Source of the DNA: Octopus bimaculoides
Taxonomy: Eukaryota
NCBI RefSeq assembly: GCF_001194135.2
Contig: NC_068981.1
Location: 108,389,025-108,453,024, forward strand
Reading direction: 5' to 3'
Length of the DNA: 64,000 nucleotides
Made by a program: the position numbers and the translations under genes. Below are positions 1-13,539 of the stretch, piece after piece (positions within the stretch are counted from its first letter, which is position 1; every line of letters starts with the position of its first letter). The notes beneath the pieces are model-generated. The model made no database searches, was not told where the DNA came from, and saw only the letters and a list, made by a program, of their open reading frames with translations.

Positions 1-930
1 CTGCAAAGAAAGAAGCTTGGAAATGTCATTATGAAAGACTGCTGAACATGGAGAATGAACTGGAGGAGGAGAGTCTGCCAAATGTCAACCCAACTGAGGG
101 ACCAGCTATCCAAATAAACAGTACCTTGATAGATAAAGCAATTAAGGATATGCAGACAGTGAAAGCCCCCAGCCCATCAAGAATTACCGCTGAGATGCTC
201 AAAATATCTGGTGATGTAGGTTATGGTCTAGTCACTTGTAAGCAGCACAATAATCAACTGCTGCAAAGGTAAAGGTGATGCCTTAGATAGAAATAATTAC
301 AGAGGTATCAAATTGTTGGATCAGGTGATGAAAGTTACGGAGAGTGTCATAGTCCAACTAATTAGGGGGAGAATTAGTCTAGATGTGATGCAGTTTGATT
401 TTGTGCAAGGGAGAAACACCACTGATGCTATATTTCTGGTTAGGCAGCTGCAGAAATGCATAGCCAAAGATAAACATCTGTACTTGGCTTTTGTTGACTT
501 GGAGAAAACCTTTGACAGGGTCCCCCAATCCCTTATCTGGTTGTCAATGCGGAAACTAGGGATAGATGAGATAAGTGGTTGGCAACGACTGCTGACTGAG
601 ACCTTTGGAATATGCTGTGCTTGAGAAGACCTGCCAAGTAAAATCGTAGTCATGGCCAATGCTGGTGTTACATAACTGGCACCCATGCTGGTGGCACATA
701 AAGCCAAGTAAAATTGCAGTTGTGGCAGATACTGGTGTCCTGCAAATGACACCCATGCCAGTGGCATGTAAAAGCACCTATTATACTCTTGGAGTGGTTG
801 GAGTTAGGAAGGGCATCCAGCCATAGAAACCATGCCAAATCAGGCTGGAGTCTGGTGAAGCCTTCTAGCTTGCTAGCCCCAGTCAAACCATCCAACTCAT
901 GCCAGCATGGACAACGGACATATGATGATG
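1..930 (+). mobile_element. RTE LINE fragment joined to its 3' UTR
   Basis: YRGIKLLDQVMKV...LYLAFVDLEKTFDRVP, followed by the family 3' end ending ggacatatgatgatgat. Confidence 0.88.
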
Positions 931-3900
931 ATCTTTGTCAACATTGATTTTCATCCCTTTGGATTCAATAAAATAATACCAGTAATTGGTAGTTCAATTG
1001 ACTGTAACTCTTCCCTGCAAATGTTAACCTTATGCAAAACATAAACAGGTATCTCCGACCACATCCAGAAAGAGTCACTCAACTGACTGGCATGAAGTGT
1101 CTTGCAACACACTCCATCCTAACATGTTTTTCCTTTCTGCCTTTTCTATCACTGTAGGAATTCTAGAGGGACCATATTGGGGAAGGGCTATCAGTTGGCC
1201 AGTCTTCTATCACTTCTACTCAAGAACTCATAAATCATTCATATCTCTTCTTTACATCAGCCATATTGCATCCATCTCCATCTTTATTCATTTTTTATAT
1301 ATTCAACATATCAGTAATTATTCTTGATGCTCCAGCTGCTTTCCCTGCCCTCATATCCTCCTTAACCCTTTAGTATTCAGATTATTCTGTCAAATGTAAT
1401 ACTTATTAATTCATGTTGTTTTGAATTATTCAAGCATTATCTTGTCACTTTAAGATTTTGATATGACTGTTTATTTTTAGAATGACATTATGGGAGAGGC
1501 CAGATCTGGCCAGTTCGAGCATAAAGCATGTAAAATAATTTGGCTGGATATGGCCAGTTTAAATGCTAAAGGGCTAATGGCTATTTCAACTGTTAGCCTT
1601 CAATTTCAATAGTTAGTCCCTCTCTCTTTCTCATTCATTTTCCTCATTCATCAACCTCTTGAAGTAGCATTTCCTTTTCATTATTATTGAGAGTGAGGAC
1701 ACCACTATTGTCACACACACACTTTACAACATCTTTATTCTTACAGACACTACTTTGCAATCTGGAATAAACCAAACCTCTGATCCTCATATCCAGAACA
1801 TTAGCAAACCTCTCATTAATTTCTGTCTTTGCTAAGTATATATGATATTTAGTTTCTCATCTAGCTACCTGACATTGTTTCTTACACTCTCACTTTCTTC
1901 CTTTCTTTCCAGGCCTCTCTCTTAGCTTTTATGATTCTGCTATCACATCTCCATATCATCTGGCTGGAACTTTGCTCCATCCACAAAACTGCTCTTTAGC
2001 TCACAGCAAGTTGTCTTGTAGAAGCTATCAGTTGTCCTCTATGTTAAAGGTCTATCTCCTACTCAACAAATTAATCTATTTCTGGCATAGTGATTTTTCA
2101 GCTTCCATACCATCTTTCTCTAAATTGTCTTCTGCATTTGTCTCTGTCTAGCTCTTATTCAGTTGTCACTAACCACTAGTCTATGTTGAGTAGTACATTC
2201 TTCACCAGGGAAATACATAGTATTCACAACCTCTGTATTTCCCATTTTTCTGGTGAGTGTGAAGTTTACTTGGTTTGTGTCTTCTCCTACATTTCATTTA
2301 TGTGTGTGTGTTGAAGTTAGAAGGTGAATATTAGTATGGAAATGATAACAGATAAAATAAGGGTCACAACTGAAAAAAGTTTGTTATAAACTTGTTGATG
2401 GGATCCATGATGGAGAAAGATTTAGAGGACAATACAAATATGTAAGGTTAACTGTAAATGAAGCAAAATGAAAGTCACTGAAATCTGTAGAAACAAGAAA
2501 CAGAGAAACACAATGTGATGCTAAATATGACTGGATGATTCATTATCTTTACTATGTAGGCTTTTTGACTTCACAGGTTATATCCCACAATCATTAGTTT
2601 TTACACAAATGTAAGCTTCATTTTTATATACAAAGAATTCTTTTGTCATCAAAAAGATAAAATGTTATAATACACCAAGTAATTATAAGTTATAGATAAA
2701 AATTTCCCCTTCTTGCCACACAACTAGAACTAATTAGGTAATCAAATCTAAAATATTTTTATATTGCCTCTCAATTATTTAGTTTTGATTTTTGATTGCT
2801 ATAAGATAATTTAATGCAAACTTAAGTACAAGACTCAAATTTTGAATGTTATTTATCTCTGAAAAGAGAAAGTTGCATGGACTTTTGTTTATATCCTATA
2901 CAGTATGAATACTGTATTATATTACTCTACTCTAAATAGGCTATGACCAATAATTTATATAATATAAATGAAATATATTTTGCTTTTGATCACCAAAGCT
3001 TATCATTGCCATAGCATGCCCATGCATAAGCACACAGACTCATTGAAAATACCTATAAATATAAGAATAAATGGTGTAATTAATGTGAATGAGGTTAGAT
3101 TCATCCGAAAGATAACTACAGAAAAAATGTGGTTAGTGAAGGAATTTCCATGAAAATCCAAGGAAGAAAGTACTGTTTCATACATAACGGTATTTTTTGC
3201 TTACATAAATTACCATTTTGGATTTGGTGATATATCTTAATTTATTTGCTTTAAAATGTTGAAAATTCAATTTACAAAGTACTATTCTATATAGGACAAA
3301 AAAATGTTTAAGCAAAAAGAAAAAAAACTGTCATTCAGATATAAAATTTTAAAATTGAATCAAAATCATTTTTTTCTTTGAATATTCTAAATGGCATGTA
3401 AATATGTTAATTTATTTAGCCTAGGGTTAGCAGTGCTGTAGCAGGCTATATCAAAGGCATAACTATCAAATCTTTTATCCAGATAGCATATATAAGACAT
3501 CATCCAATAAGTACTGCCATTTTTTAAAGACAGTAATGTGCAGTTCACAAGACAGGGCCACTGTTTCTAAAGGGTTGAGTAATCACACAGAAGCTGCTTT
3601 GTTAGTTTGATTTATACATGTCACTAAAAAAACAAAAAGTGCTGCAAGGTGGTTGTAGGTTGGTACTTAGAAAACAGCCTGTTTAAGGATGATTGTCATT
3701 GTCAAGTCAGATATTACAATGTTTAGTCACATGGATAAAATAAAAGACAAAGCTACACTGAAGGAGGTATTTATGCAGAAGCTTTCATTCCGCTGTAAAA
3801 ATGGACAATGTCTGGCAATGATGATAATCTTTAAGCTCCAACGCTACCCAGAATTAGGTTAACTACTGTCGGATAGTAAATGGTAAAATTCTTTTCAGTC

Positions 3901-5402
3901 CATAAGGAGACCGATCTTTTCTGCAACACACACCTATTGATGCCAAATTCCATGCAACTCTGCTTGTTGATGGATAAATCCTATTGCTACATTTGTACAC
4001 TTTAATTTCCATCAACAAGTTAAATTATATATTTTTCTGAGTTCTCTCACACACAAACACACCTAAAACTATAAGACCTTTGCTTATCGACAAGCAGGCA
4101 ATAAACAAAGAGAACTAAGATGAAGCAAATGGAATTGCTGCAGAAGTTGATGAGTAAATGAATGACTTTAATCTATCATTTATTTTCATTTCAACACTTT
4201 ATTAAATTTCACAATTATTTAGGATTGGAAATCATAAATACAAGTAAACTTTCATGCCAAAATTTATTTACTCTTGCAACTATACAAATATTATTTCAAA
4301 TTCTAAATACACTGCTTAATTCATTCATCAGTTATAGACATGCTAGAGGTCATGTAATTCTTACTACACATAGGATGTCTGTTGTATTTCAATAGAAAAC
4401 AGAAAATAATGATTTCAAATAAAAGTTTCAAAGATTTTCAACAAATTCAATGTCTGTTTATTTAATATGAAGGACATAGCATTTGTGGTAAATAACCACA
4501 GCACAAAGATTATGTGTTGCTTGAATTCAATACCATTTATTTACATTGATATTTTCAGATATCACATATTTTTTTTTGCAGCTCTACATTTTTTTCTTCT
4601 TAATTTATTGTCCTCTTATTTTAACACTGAAGTGAACTTCATTGTCATCATCTCTATAAGTTATTATTACCAAGACTAATCTGAGTCTAAAATTATAGAA
4701 AGTGATCTAACAGAAATGTTAATCTTAACTTTGTCTACTAATATTAGTTTCCTATCTACATAAATTATTTCTCAAACATCAGTATGTGTGCAAAAACAAT
4801 CAAAACTGGTAGCAATCATTCATATTCCTATATTTTCCACAATAATTTCTTATTGTCTTTTATAAAACATAATATCTGACATAAAACGTGATGAATTGTT
4901 TTGCTATCTTTATAGGGATATATAAAAGTTAAATATATAATCTAATCTTCCCTCATTCCTGGAGACCAATACTATAAATATCTTAAAAATAGCAAGTAAG
5001 ATCTTACTATAATTTTAAAAAGAACTCAAAGTGAAAAGCAAGACAAGTTGTTAAGAACACTTGGAATGTGTTAAATTTCACAAAGCCAAAGGACTATGTT
5101 GGTTACATATTGTGAATTATTTACTTTGTTGTTATATGAACAAAAGAAACAATTGTGACAGTGAGAAATGAAAAGTCAGTTAACACTCCAGGTATTCTGG
5201 TAAAATATGTTTAATATTTCAATCAGAAAGCATAAATACTCATGCTTCATGAATGAAGGTGGTAGCAGAGGTATGAAAAAAAAATGGAATAAAAGAAAAC
5301 CCCAATGATAATCATATAAATGTGAAAGGAAACACTTTAAATAGTACATTGGATTGATGTACATTCTTGAAATAAGTATTTTATGACTAGCATTATGTTT
5401 AA

Positions 5403-6367
5403 TCTATATCTATACTATATATAAAACAGAGATGTGTGTGTAATCGCTTTTCACGTGAAATCGACTTCACTAAATGCTTCCATACTTGTAATGCATGAAT
5501 AATTTGACCTCGGATAAATCTTAGGCTCTTCATTTGATTTTTTTAATTAAAAATAAATAATATTGCTTTATATTTAAGATTCACTTCTTTAAAAAGGTTC
5601 CTCAATGTCAACTTCCGGTATTGACGTAACAACCGCAAAAAGCTTCACTCTCTATTTTGTGTGTTCGTGTGTATGAGAGACAGAGAGAGAGTAAATACTA
5701 CATACACACCGCTCTCTCACTCTGTCTCACACACATACACACGCACACACAAACTCACTCACACTCACTCTGTCTCTTACAAACACACACATACATAAAT
5801 GTATACAAACATATTTACAAAGACAGACGTGTGTATGCGCGCGCGCGTGCTCCGGTATTGATGTAACAATCGCAAAAAGCTTCACTCTCTATTTTGTGTG
5901 TTCCTGTGTATGAGAGAGAGAGAGAGAGTAAATACTACATACACACCGCTCTCTCACTCTGTCTCACACACATACACACACCCCTTGACTCACTCACACT
6001 GCCTCTTACAAACACACACATACATAGATGTATACAAACATATTTACAAAGACACACGCGTGTATGCGCGCGTGTGCGTGGGGGTTCCACAATCGCCATT
6101 TATTTCAATTACTCTTCTGAGGATATTCACGTAAATCATTTTTTTCATTTAATCCCCATTTTAATTTTCGTAAAAGTTTCCAAGTACCAATGAGGCTTTT
6201 TGGCACATCTTCAATTTTCCCCATTCATGAGAGGCGCCCAGCCATCATTCATCTGAGAGTCCATCTACAGAATGTCCTCAAATTTCTATACAGCATATTT
6301 TGCCTTTTTTTCTTCAAGTATATAAGCAACAATTTCATTCCCGAGCAACGCCGGGTGCCTCTGCTAG
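5403..6367 (+). mobile_element. Non-autonomous Helitron with internal ~237-bp tandem duplication and CA/GA microsatellites
   Basis: 5' A|TCTATATCTATACTATATATAAAAC. 3' hairpin cccgagcaacgccggg, then CTAG|T. A related 5' end lies on the minus strand at ~63490-63730. Confidence 0.75.
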
Positions 6368-6592
6368 TTTCTTATAAAGAAAACTGATTGCCAATACTGC
6401 AAATATATCCAATGGCAACTAGTTAAAAATACCAAAACGTGACTTTACAATATTGTTGTATTGCCCCAGCCAATCCTGACTGCGTAAACCTCTGACCAAT
6501 GGCATTCCAACTACAACAATACCATAATTTTTCAGATATAGTGTATCCCCAGACTACATTATCTAACAAGTCTTTTTTCGTTTTTTAAGACA

Positions 6593-6821
6593 GCGAGCTG
6601 GCAGAATCGTTAGCATACCAGGCGAAATGCTTAGCAGTATTTCATCTGCTGTTACGTTCTGAGTTCAAATTCCGCCGAGGTCGACTTTGCCTTTCATCCT
6701 TTCGGGGTCGATAAATTAAGTACCAGTTACACACTGGGGTCGATGTAATCGACTTAATCCCTTTGTCTGTCCTTGTTTGTCCTCTCTATGTTTAGCCCCT
6801 TGTGGGCAATAAAGAAACAAG
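6593..6821 (+). mobile_element. tRNA-derived SINE (core gcctttcatcctttcggggtcgataaattaagtaccag)
   Basis: A-box-like gctggcagaatcgttagc, B-box-like gagttcaaattcc. Related copies at ~33084-33272(+), 33310-33465(-), 35055-35175(-), 31880-31990(-), 57415-57630(+). Confidence 0.8.
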
Positions 6822-6959
6822 TCTTTTTTCCAAAGATGGTAGGGTATGGTTTGGGAGAAAATGTCCAGTATTGTTTCTTGCTATTTGTTTTCTTTTTCTT
6901 TCTTTTGAAGTGACTGGATGTTTATTTGTAGAAAACAGGAAAAGCAAGACTCATTATCA

Positions 6960-7140
6960 TCATCATCATCCTTTAATGTCCATTTTCCATGCTGGCATGG
7001 GTTGGATGGTTTGACAAGAGCTAGCAAACTGGAGAGCAGTACCAGGTTTCAGTCTGATTGGCCTGGTTTTTATGGCTGAATGCCCTTCCTAATGCCAAAC
7101 ATTTTACAGTGTGTGCTGGATGCTTTTAACATGGCACCAC
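6960..7140 (-). repeat. RTE 3' tail fragment
   Basis: catcatcatc...ttttccatgctggcatgggttggatggtttgac is the reverse complement of the family tail. Confidence 0.8.
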
Positions 7141-9326
7141 ATGAGTGTTTTTATGTGACATAGGTACACAACTCTTGCAGGTCAATCCTCTTCACCAGAC
7201 AGAGTGGCCTTAACACTTCTGTAGTGAAGGACAGATCTTGAGTACAGCAAAGCATCAGGTATCTCAGTCCCATGAAAAGACAACCATGTCAGTAGCCAAG
7301 ATGGAAGTCAATGGCCATATGTGGGCTTCTCAAAATTTTGCACTTGTTGGGGAGATGCATCAAGGTAATGGATTTAGGTGCTAACTGATATGGCCTCCTC
7401 TTAAGGCATTACCCACAGGTTTAGACCCCAGCATTACCTGGTGGTAGACCTCAATGTAGGATATCAATTGACTCAAGACAGAGACCCAGAGCAAATGCTT
7501 GAAACAGCAAATAGGAGACAGTATTAAACTAGACTTAGGTTTGTCATGAGCCCTAGGACTCATGAGGCTGGAGTGTAACTCAGTTTGCTTAGCATGGAAG
7601 TCACTGAGATTACAACACTTTCTCCTGAATGGGATGCCAGGCAACCACAGGATAACTTTCTGGAATTCATTTACAACTGAGGTGGCCTAGATCAATGTGA
7701 AATGCAATGTTTTGCTCAAGAACACAATGAATCATCCTGTCTGGGAATGAAAACCATGATCTTACAATTATGAGTGCAACACCCTAACCACTAGACCACG
7801 CACCTTCACATATTAAGTCTGGCACAAAACAAAAAAAAAAAATGAATAAATAAACAGAGCAGAAGCAGGGTCTAGTATGCTTTATCATGACACAATAAGA
7901 ACTTTGCCTTATAGAGCTCAGTCCTTACTGCTCAATTTCATTTGAAAGAACCACCTCCTTGACAGATCACCTTTATCATAGCTGTAGAAGTTGTTTCTTC
8001 TAGGTTGGTTCTCAGTGTAAATGAAATGTTTACAAAATTACTATAAGAATGATAATAAAAATAGTGACTATTTTCGCTGAATTTAGAAGATATTACATTT
8101 GAAAGCTGCAACAGACTATGTCAGAAAATGGATAAAAACAAAATAGTCATACAGGAATCCCTTATATAATTCCATGTTACAGCAAATACAAGTGAGATGT
8201 GGCCCTCCAACTGGGCTAAGAGACAGTAATTCCAAATAATTGATTTGAACTTTGACATCTCATCCAGCTTATTCTAGTATGAAATGCAGATATAATGATT
8301 CCATATGAGGGTGTCTGTACATACAAATAAGTAAATGAAGACTTTATATTGAATGGAAAAAAGGATAAGACTATAAATTATAAATAATGTTGAAGGATAA
8401 TAATCATCTGGTATAGAAAAGGTAGTGATACAAGCGAGAATTTGTTTTTAAATAAAAAGATCATGCAATGACCACCGCCAAGGTAAACCTTCTCAAACAG
8501 GTGTAATTAATGTGAATGAGGTAAGATTCATCCAAAAGATTACAGAAAAAAATGTGGTTAGTGAAGGAATTTCCATGAAAATCCAAGGAAGAAAGTACTG
8601 TTTCGTACATGATCTGAAAGTGATGATGTACAGTAAGAATTGAGAAGAGCAGTAAGTACATAGAGTGGGCTTTGAAAAGGATGGTAGGTACTTTGGTAAT
8701 TCAGTGGCTTAGTAATCATTATAGTATTTTAGTAGTGAGAATAGCATGCTGGTGAGTTAGTGGTTATAGCAGGCCATACTATTAAAGATTGTCTATCAGT
8801 CTGGATGTGATCTAGAATCATCATTATTTAAATATCTCCTTTCGATGCTTGCATCGGTTAGAGTTTTCTATAGCTAGGTGCACTTCCAGTCGCCAATCCC
8901 CACCTATTTCCAAGAGAGGTAATAATCTCACAGTCTAACAAACACCAAAGGGCCTAGACACACATGAAGAACTGGAAACAAATAACAGTGAAATGATCTT
9001 TTGTTTACAAAATTCATGCAACATGTCCAATAACATGCACATGCTTTTGTAGCAGACTGCAAGTAAATAACCGTCTAAGTGAAGGCACTGTTTACAACCA
9101 GTGAGCAAAACACATGTAGATGATGGGAATATGAAATCACTCACATAAACGCATACATATACACAACAGGCTTCTTTCAATTTTCATCCTTCAAATCCAT
9201 TTACAAGGCTTTGGACAGCCCGGGGCTATAATAGAAGATACTTGCCAAAGGTGCCTGGCAGCAGACTGAACCTGAAACTTATGGTTAGGAAGCAAATTTT
9301 TAAAACTCCACAGCCATGTCTGCACC

Positions 9327-9371
<45 letters not shown>

Positions 9372-9504
9372 ACACCAACAGATATGTGAGCAGTGTTTTA
9401 ATGCACTTGTGCCTTGTATAGACTCAACAACTGTTCATAGCTAAAAGCATTTCTTGTTATGAAGGAAAAGTATTTGCAATACAGTTTTGGCTACAGTGTA
9501 TATA

Positions 9505-10382
9505 TAAGGTGGTATCAAAAAGTTCCCAAACTAGTTCTGCTTGCATGTGCAGTGAGAGCTAGCAGTAACCTTCATGAGGCAGTGTGCCAAGTGACATCGC
9601 TGTGTTTACTTCGCGAGTTGTGAAATTTGTGTGTTTGTGATCACATGTATGCTGTAGTCTGTGATTTTGTCATGGACAAGAACAAAGATCCAATGTAAAA
9701 TCTTGCATTAAACTTCAGAAGTCTGCTACAGAGACATTGAGCATACTTCAGCAAGCTTATGGTGATGAGGCAATGGGACATATGCAATGTTTCAAGTGGC
9801 ACAGATGCTTCGAAAGCGAAAGAACATCCCTGGAAGATGATGAGTGATCTGGAAGACCTGCCACAAGTGTCACCCTTGGAAATATGGTATAGTGTATTGA
9901 GAATTCATTTCTGTCAGACCAGACCATCAAATGAGAGTTATACAGTAACGTTTTGAAATGTTTGAGGGAAAACATTTGGTGAAAACAACTGGATCTGTGG
10001 AGCATGAAGAACTGGATTCTTCACCAAACTCTCCTCACATGTGAGTTTCTTACCAAAAATATGATATTGCTTCTGCACCCACCCTATTTGCAACATTTAG
10101 CACCTGCGGACTTCCATCTCTTTCCCAAGATGAAAATGCAGCTCAAAGGTTGCTGTTTTAACACCGTTGTCGAGATCCAGAGTGAACCACAGAAGGTCCT
10201 TGACTCGTTTACAAAAAATTACTTCCAGCCCGGATTCCAAAAGTGGCAGGAACACTGGGACCAGTGTATTGCTGCACAAGGTGACTATTTCAAAGGAGAT
10301 GATTTCAAATAAATTATTATTAGGTAAATAAATTATTCTTTATTATACATAATTAGTCCAGGAACCTTTTGATGTCACCTCA
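9505..10382 (+). mobile_element. Internally deleted mariner DNA transposon
   Basis: Imperfect TIRs taaggtggtatcaaaaagttcccaaacta / tagtccaggaacctttttgatgtcacctca, flanked by TA. Transposase remnants QQAYGDEAMGHMQCFKWHRCF and HPPYLQHLAPADFHLFPKMK...KWQEHWDQCIAAQGDYF. Confidence 0.9.
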
Positions 10383-13300
10383 TATGTGGTCACTATGAAA
10401 GATAGCAGACTATAAAGCTTATCATTTGTAGAAACTATGGATGTTTTAGTTGTAAAGTGGTCATAGCATTTTAAGTGTATTTTCATACATTGAAGTAAAT
10501 ACCTATAAAAGAAGAAAAGTTTAGAAGTTTGGTTTGAAGAACACAGCTATCCTAATGGGGTGACAATAGAAGTTTCACATTTGGCTAATGTGTACAATAT
10601 GATAGTGAAGTAGATGGGATTATAAAGGAAGGAAGGAAGGAGTGAGTAAGTGATATAGGGTATACAGAAAATGTGATGAAACTTATAAGGTTATTTTGTA
10701 GAGGTAAATCTAATCCAATGACCATTTTAACACTGTAACTGGACCTTTGAGTGCTTTTAGCAACATTCAAGCATTTGAAGTAGGTATCTGGTCTAAGTGA
10801 TTTTTTCTTCTAACTAAGCCATAAAAAATATTTAAAAATGGAAATCAGTACTCTTACCATCTTCATTTATTTATTTCTTCTTATCTTTAGTAAGAGGGAA
10901 AGCAGTGCTCATGACACTTTGCAATGCCTAAAAGGCTAGAAGGAAGGAAGGATCCTCACACTGTAAGTGGCCTGAATGCTTGCAACAAAGTGGTTTCCAC
11001 TAAAGGAACCCTATGTGTCAGCTGATGGTATTAAACTAAGTTACAGAATAAGTCTACCACACATTGTGGAATGATGTGTAAGGGAGATGTAACAAAGTCA
11101 AAAGAGAGCTTCTTAGCAAAAGACCAGAAGGTTATTTTTCATTCTTTCTTTGCTTATGCACCAAAATATCTATATACCTTTTTCAGTATCATGTTGATAT
11201 TTCTGGTAGTGATATAAGTCTATCTTTTATAAAATTCTTACACAGAAACCCAGCCCAGGAGAGACTAGAACTTCAACAGCCACAATGTCGTATCAAGCTT
11301 ATTTTATTATTTGTTATTTTATAGTCACAGGAGGAGGGACAGCCCTTATCTCAATGTGGCTGATGTCTATCAGGACTTCTGAAGGTTGTTGTTTATAGGA
11401 AAAGAGAATAAGGATGAACTGAGGAAAGTTTTTAGTGACGGGTTTGGTAGTGAAGTACAACATGAATTGTAATGTCTATATGAGAAAGGTTAGGTGCCTT
11501 AAATGAACATGAATGGAAATTGTATGAAATTTAAAAGTTCAAAAGTAGCCTCTAGACAGTTCTGATACAGCAACCCTATGACCAAAGTATTCCAACCATC
11601 AGTCCATGCCTTCTTTTTATATATTTTTACAGACATTGTTCAATGTATCAGTTTTTCTTCTTAACATTTTGGGGAGAATGGTTCCTATTTCTAACAGGCT
11701 AAAGACTTCATAAAAGCTCTCTCATTCATTTAACAGGAACAATTGTAAAAGAAAAAAAAAAGAAGCAGAGAGAGAGAATGTATCGCTGAATGAATCTTTG
11801 CCAATCAACTGAATGGGCTGATGTATGCAGCCTAGACTACATTCAATGTTTACAAGTAGCTGCAGCACAACCCCATATATTTGAGCAATATTCCGAAGTG
11901 AAACAAATGCAACTCTGCTTAAAATTAGCAACTGATCAAAACTAAAATATTTTCTGGATAATCCAAAATGTAAATCACCTATCTAAGGCAAAGACCTGTA
12001 AGACGGTCTTTCTAGCAAACTAATCTTGTTCATTTTAATAATTCTTCAGCAGAGTATGTTTAATACACCACTCGGTTTAACACCACCTCCTGACCAATAT
12101 GTATTTTTAATGGATTTCACTCCAGTGCAAACATCTAACGAAGTACTCAGATTGAAGATAAACACACCTGACACTATTTCCCTTTTATTGTCAGGGGAAA
12201 CTGGTGGAAAAGATTTCATTTCAGAACCTTGTCCTGTCACCTGGTACATAATCACATATCCTACTTCAGTTCTAATTCATTGTTAGAGTACAACATTTTT
12301 GAGAGGTCCACCTGACATAGTAGCAAAATACAGAAACATCAAAGTACCAAATAACATTTTTTAATTAGAATATTTTCAACATTAAAAATGAAAACTATAG
12401 TTTCATGATATAGTTAATCCAGAATTTGAGAAAATTAGTTAACGAAAGGGAAACATGAAACATAGTTGCATAGTATAACAATGTTATGTAGATTTCCTCC
12501 ATGTTTGTACACGTTTATTTTTAGCAACATATAAAGATGACACATTGGAATAATAGAATTCTGAAGTGTCAAAGCAGAAGATACAATAGATGAGTAGTGA
12601 GATACAGGTTGGAAATTGTTATTGAGTGGTCCTTGTGTACTTTGAGGTGATTAACAAATTGAAAACTACTACTAACATATTTATGGTCTTTCAGTTTTAC
12701 TTCAATAACTGAGAACTGTATATGTAGGATATATAACATCATAGACAAGGGGCTGGAATAAGCTCATGCTTATTTAAATGTCGCCTATTATCATATATTT
12801 GCAGATTTCTCTGACGTGTAACTACCATTGCGGCTACTTTTTTTTATTATCGATACAAATTTGGTAAATGGAGGAAAAACCCTTCCTCAATACATCAATA
12901 AAGACTTTTACATATTTTATAAAACGACTTAACATCAGAGATCATGTTAGCTACCAAGTGTCGTACATAACCGCGAGAGATGATGAATTCGTTGACACTA
13001 AAGAGGAAATGGGAGCCGATGAGGAGTGTCAAGACACGTTAAGGACAGGTATGTTAAACAGCTGCAATAAATTACCCCTGAATGAAAATGTCCTACTCAG
13101 GAACACAATGATACACCGGAAAACCTAAAATACTCAGGCATAAAAATAAAAAAAAGCTGGTAATCCAATATTTCTTTTGCTCATGACTACGTCTCTTCTA
13201 TTAAGTTAAATAGAAATACAAAATTAGTTCATTCCCCCTACACCCACTATGATATACAGCCTTGATGTTACATAGAACTATCATTTCTCACGAACTACAG

Positions 13301-13539
13301 ACCGAAATTATATCTCAAATGATAATTATATGTTGTACAATAAATATTCAAACTCAATATTATGGACCCTCCCCTTCACTCAAATGACAAAAACCATTTC
13401 AATATGGTAGGTTGTTAAATTGATTGATTTTGACACAAATCACAATAAAAATGTGTGATAACATGTATGTTATAGAAATCAATGAATATGTCTGATGTTT
13501 CTAAAAGCAATCAAGTTGAACAAAAGATTTTAAACCTAC

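Noticed and set aside
12026-12286. Overlapping ORFs downstream of the LIM-gene exon considered as candidate next exons
   Set aside because: No Cys/His LIM pattern in the translated ORFs and no convincing splice sites.
13010-13085. CCGATGA...TAAACAGCTGC resembling a decayed hammerhead, within an 86-aa ORF
   Set aside because: Several core positions are wrong and there is no helix I; the ORF has no recognisable homology.
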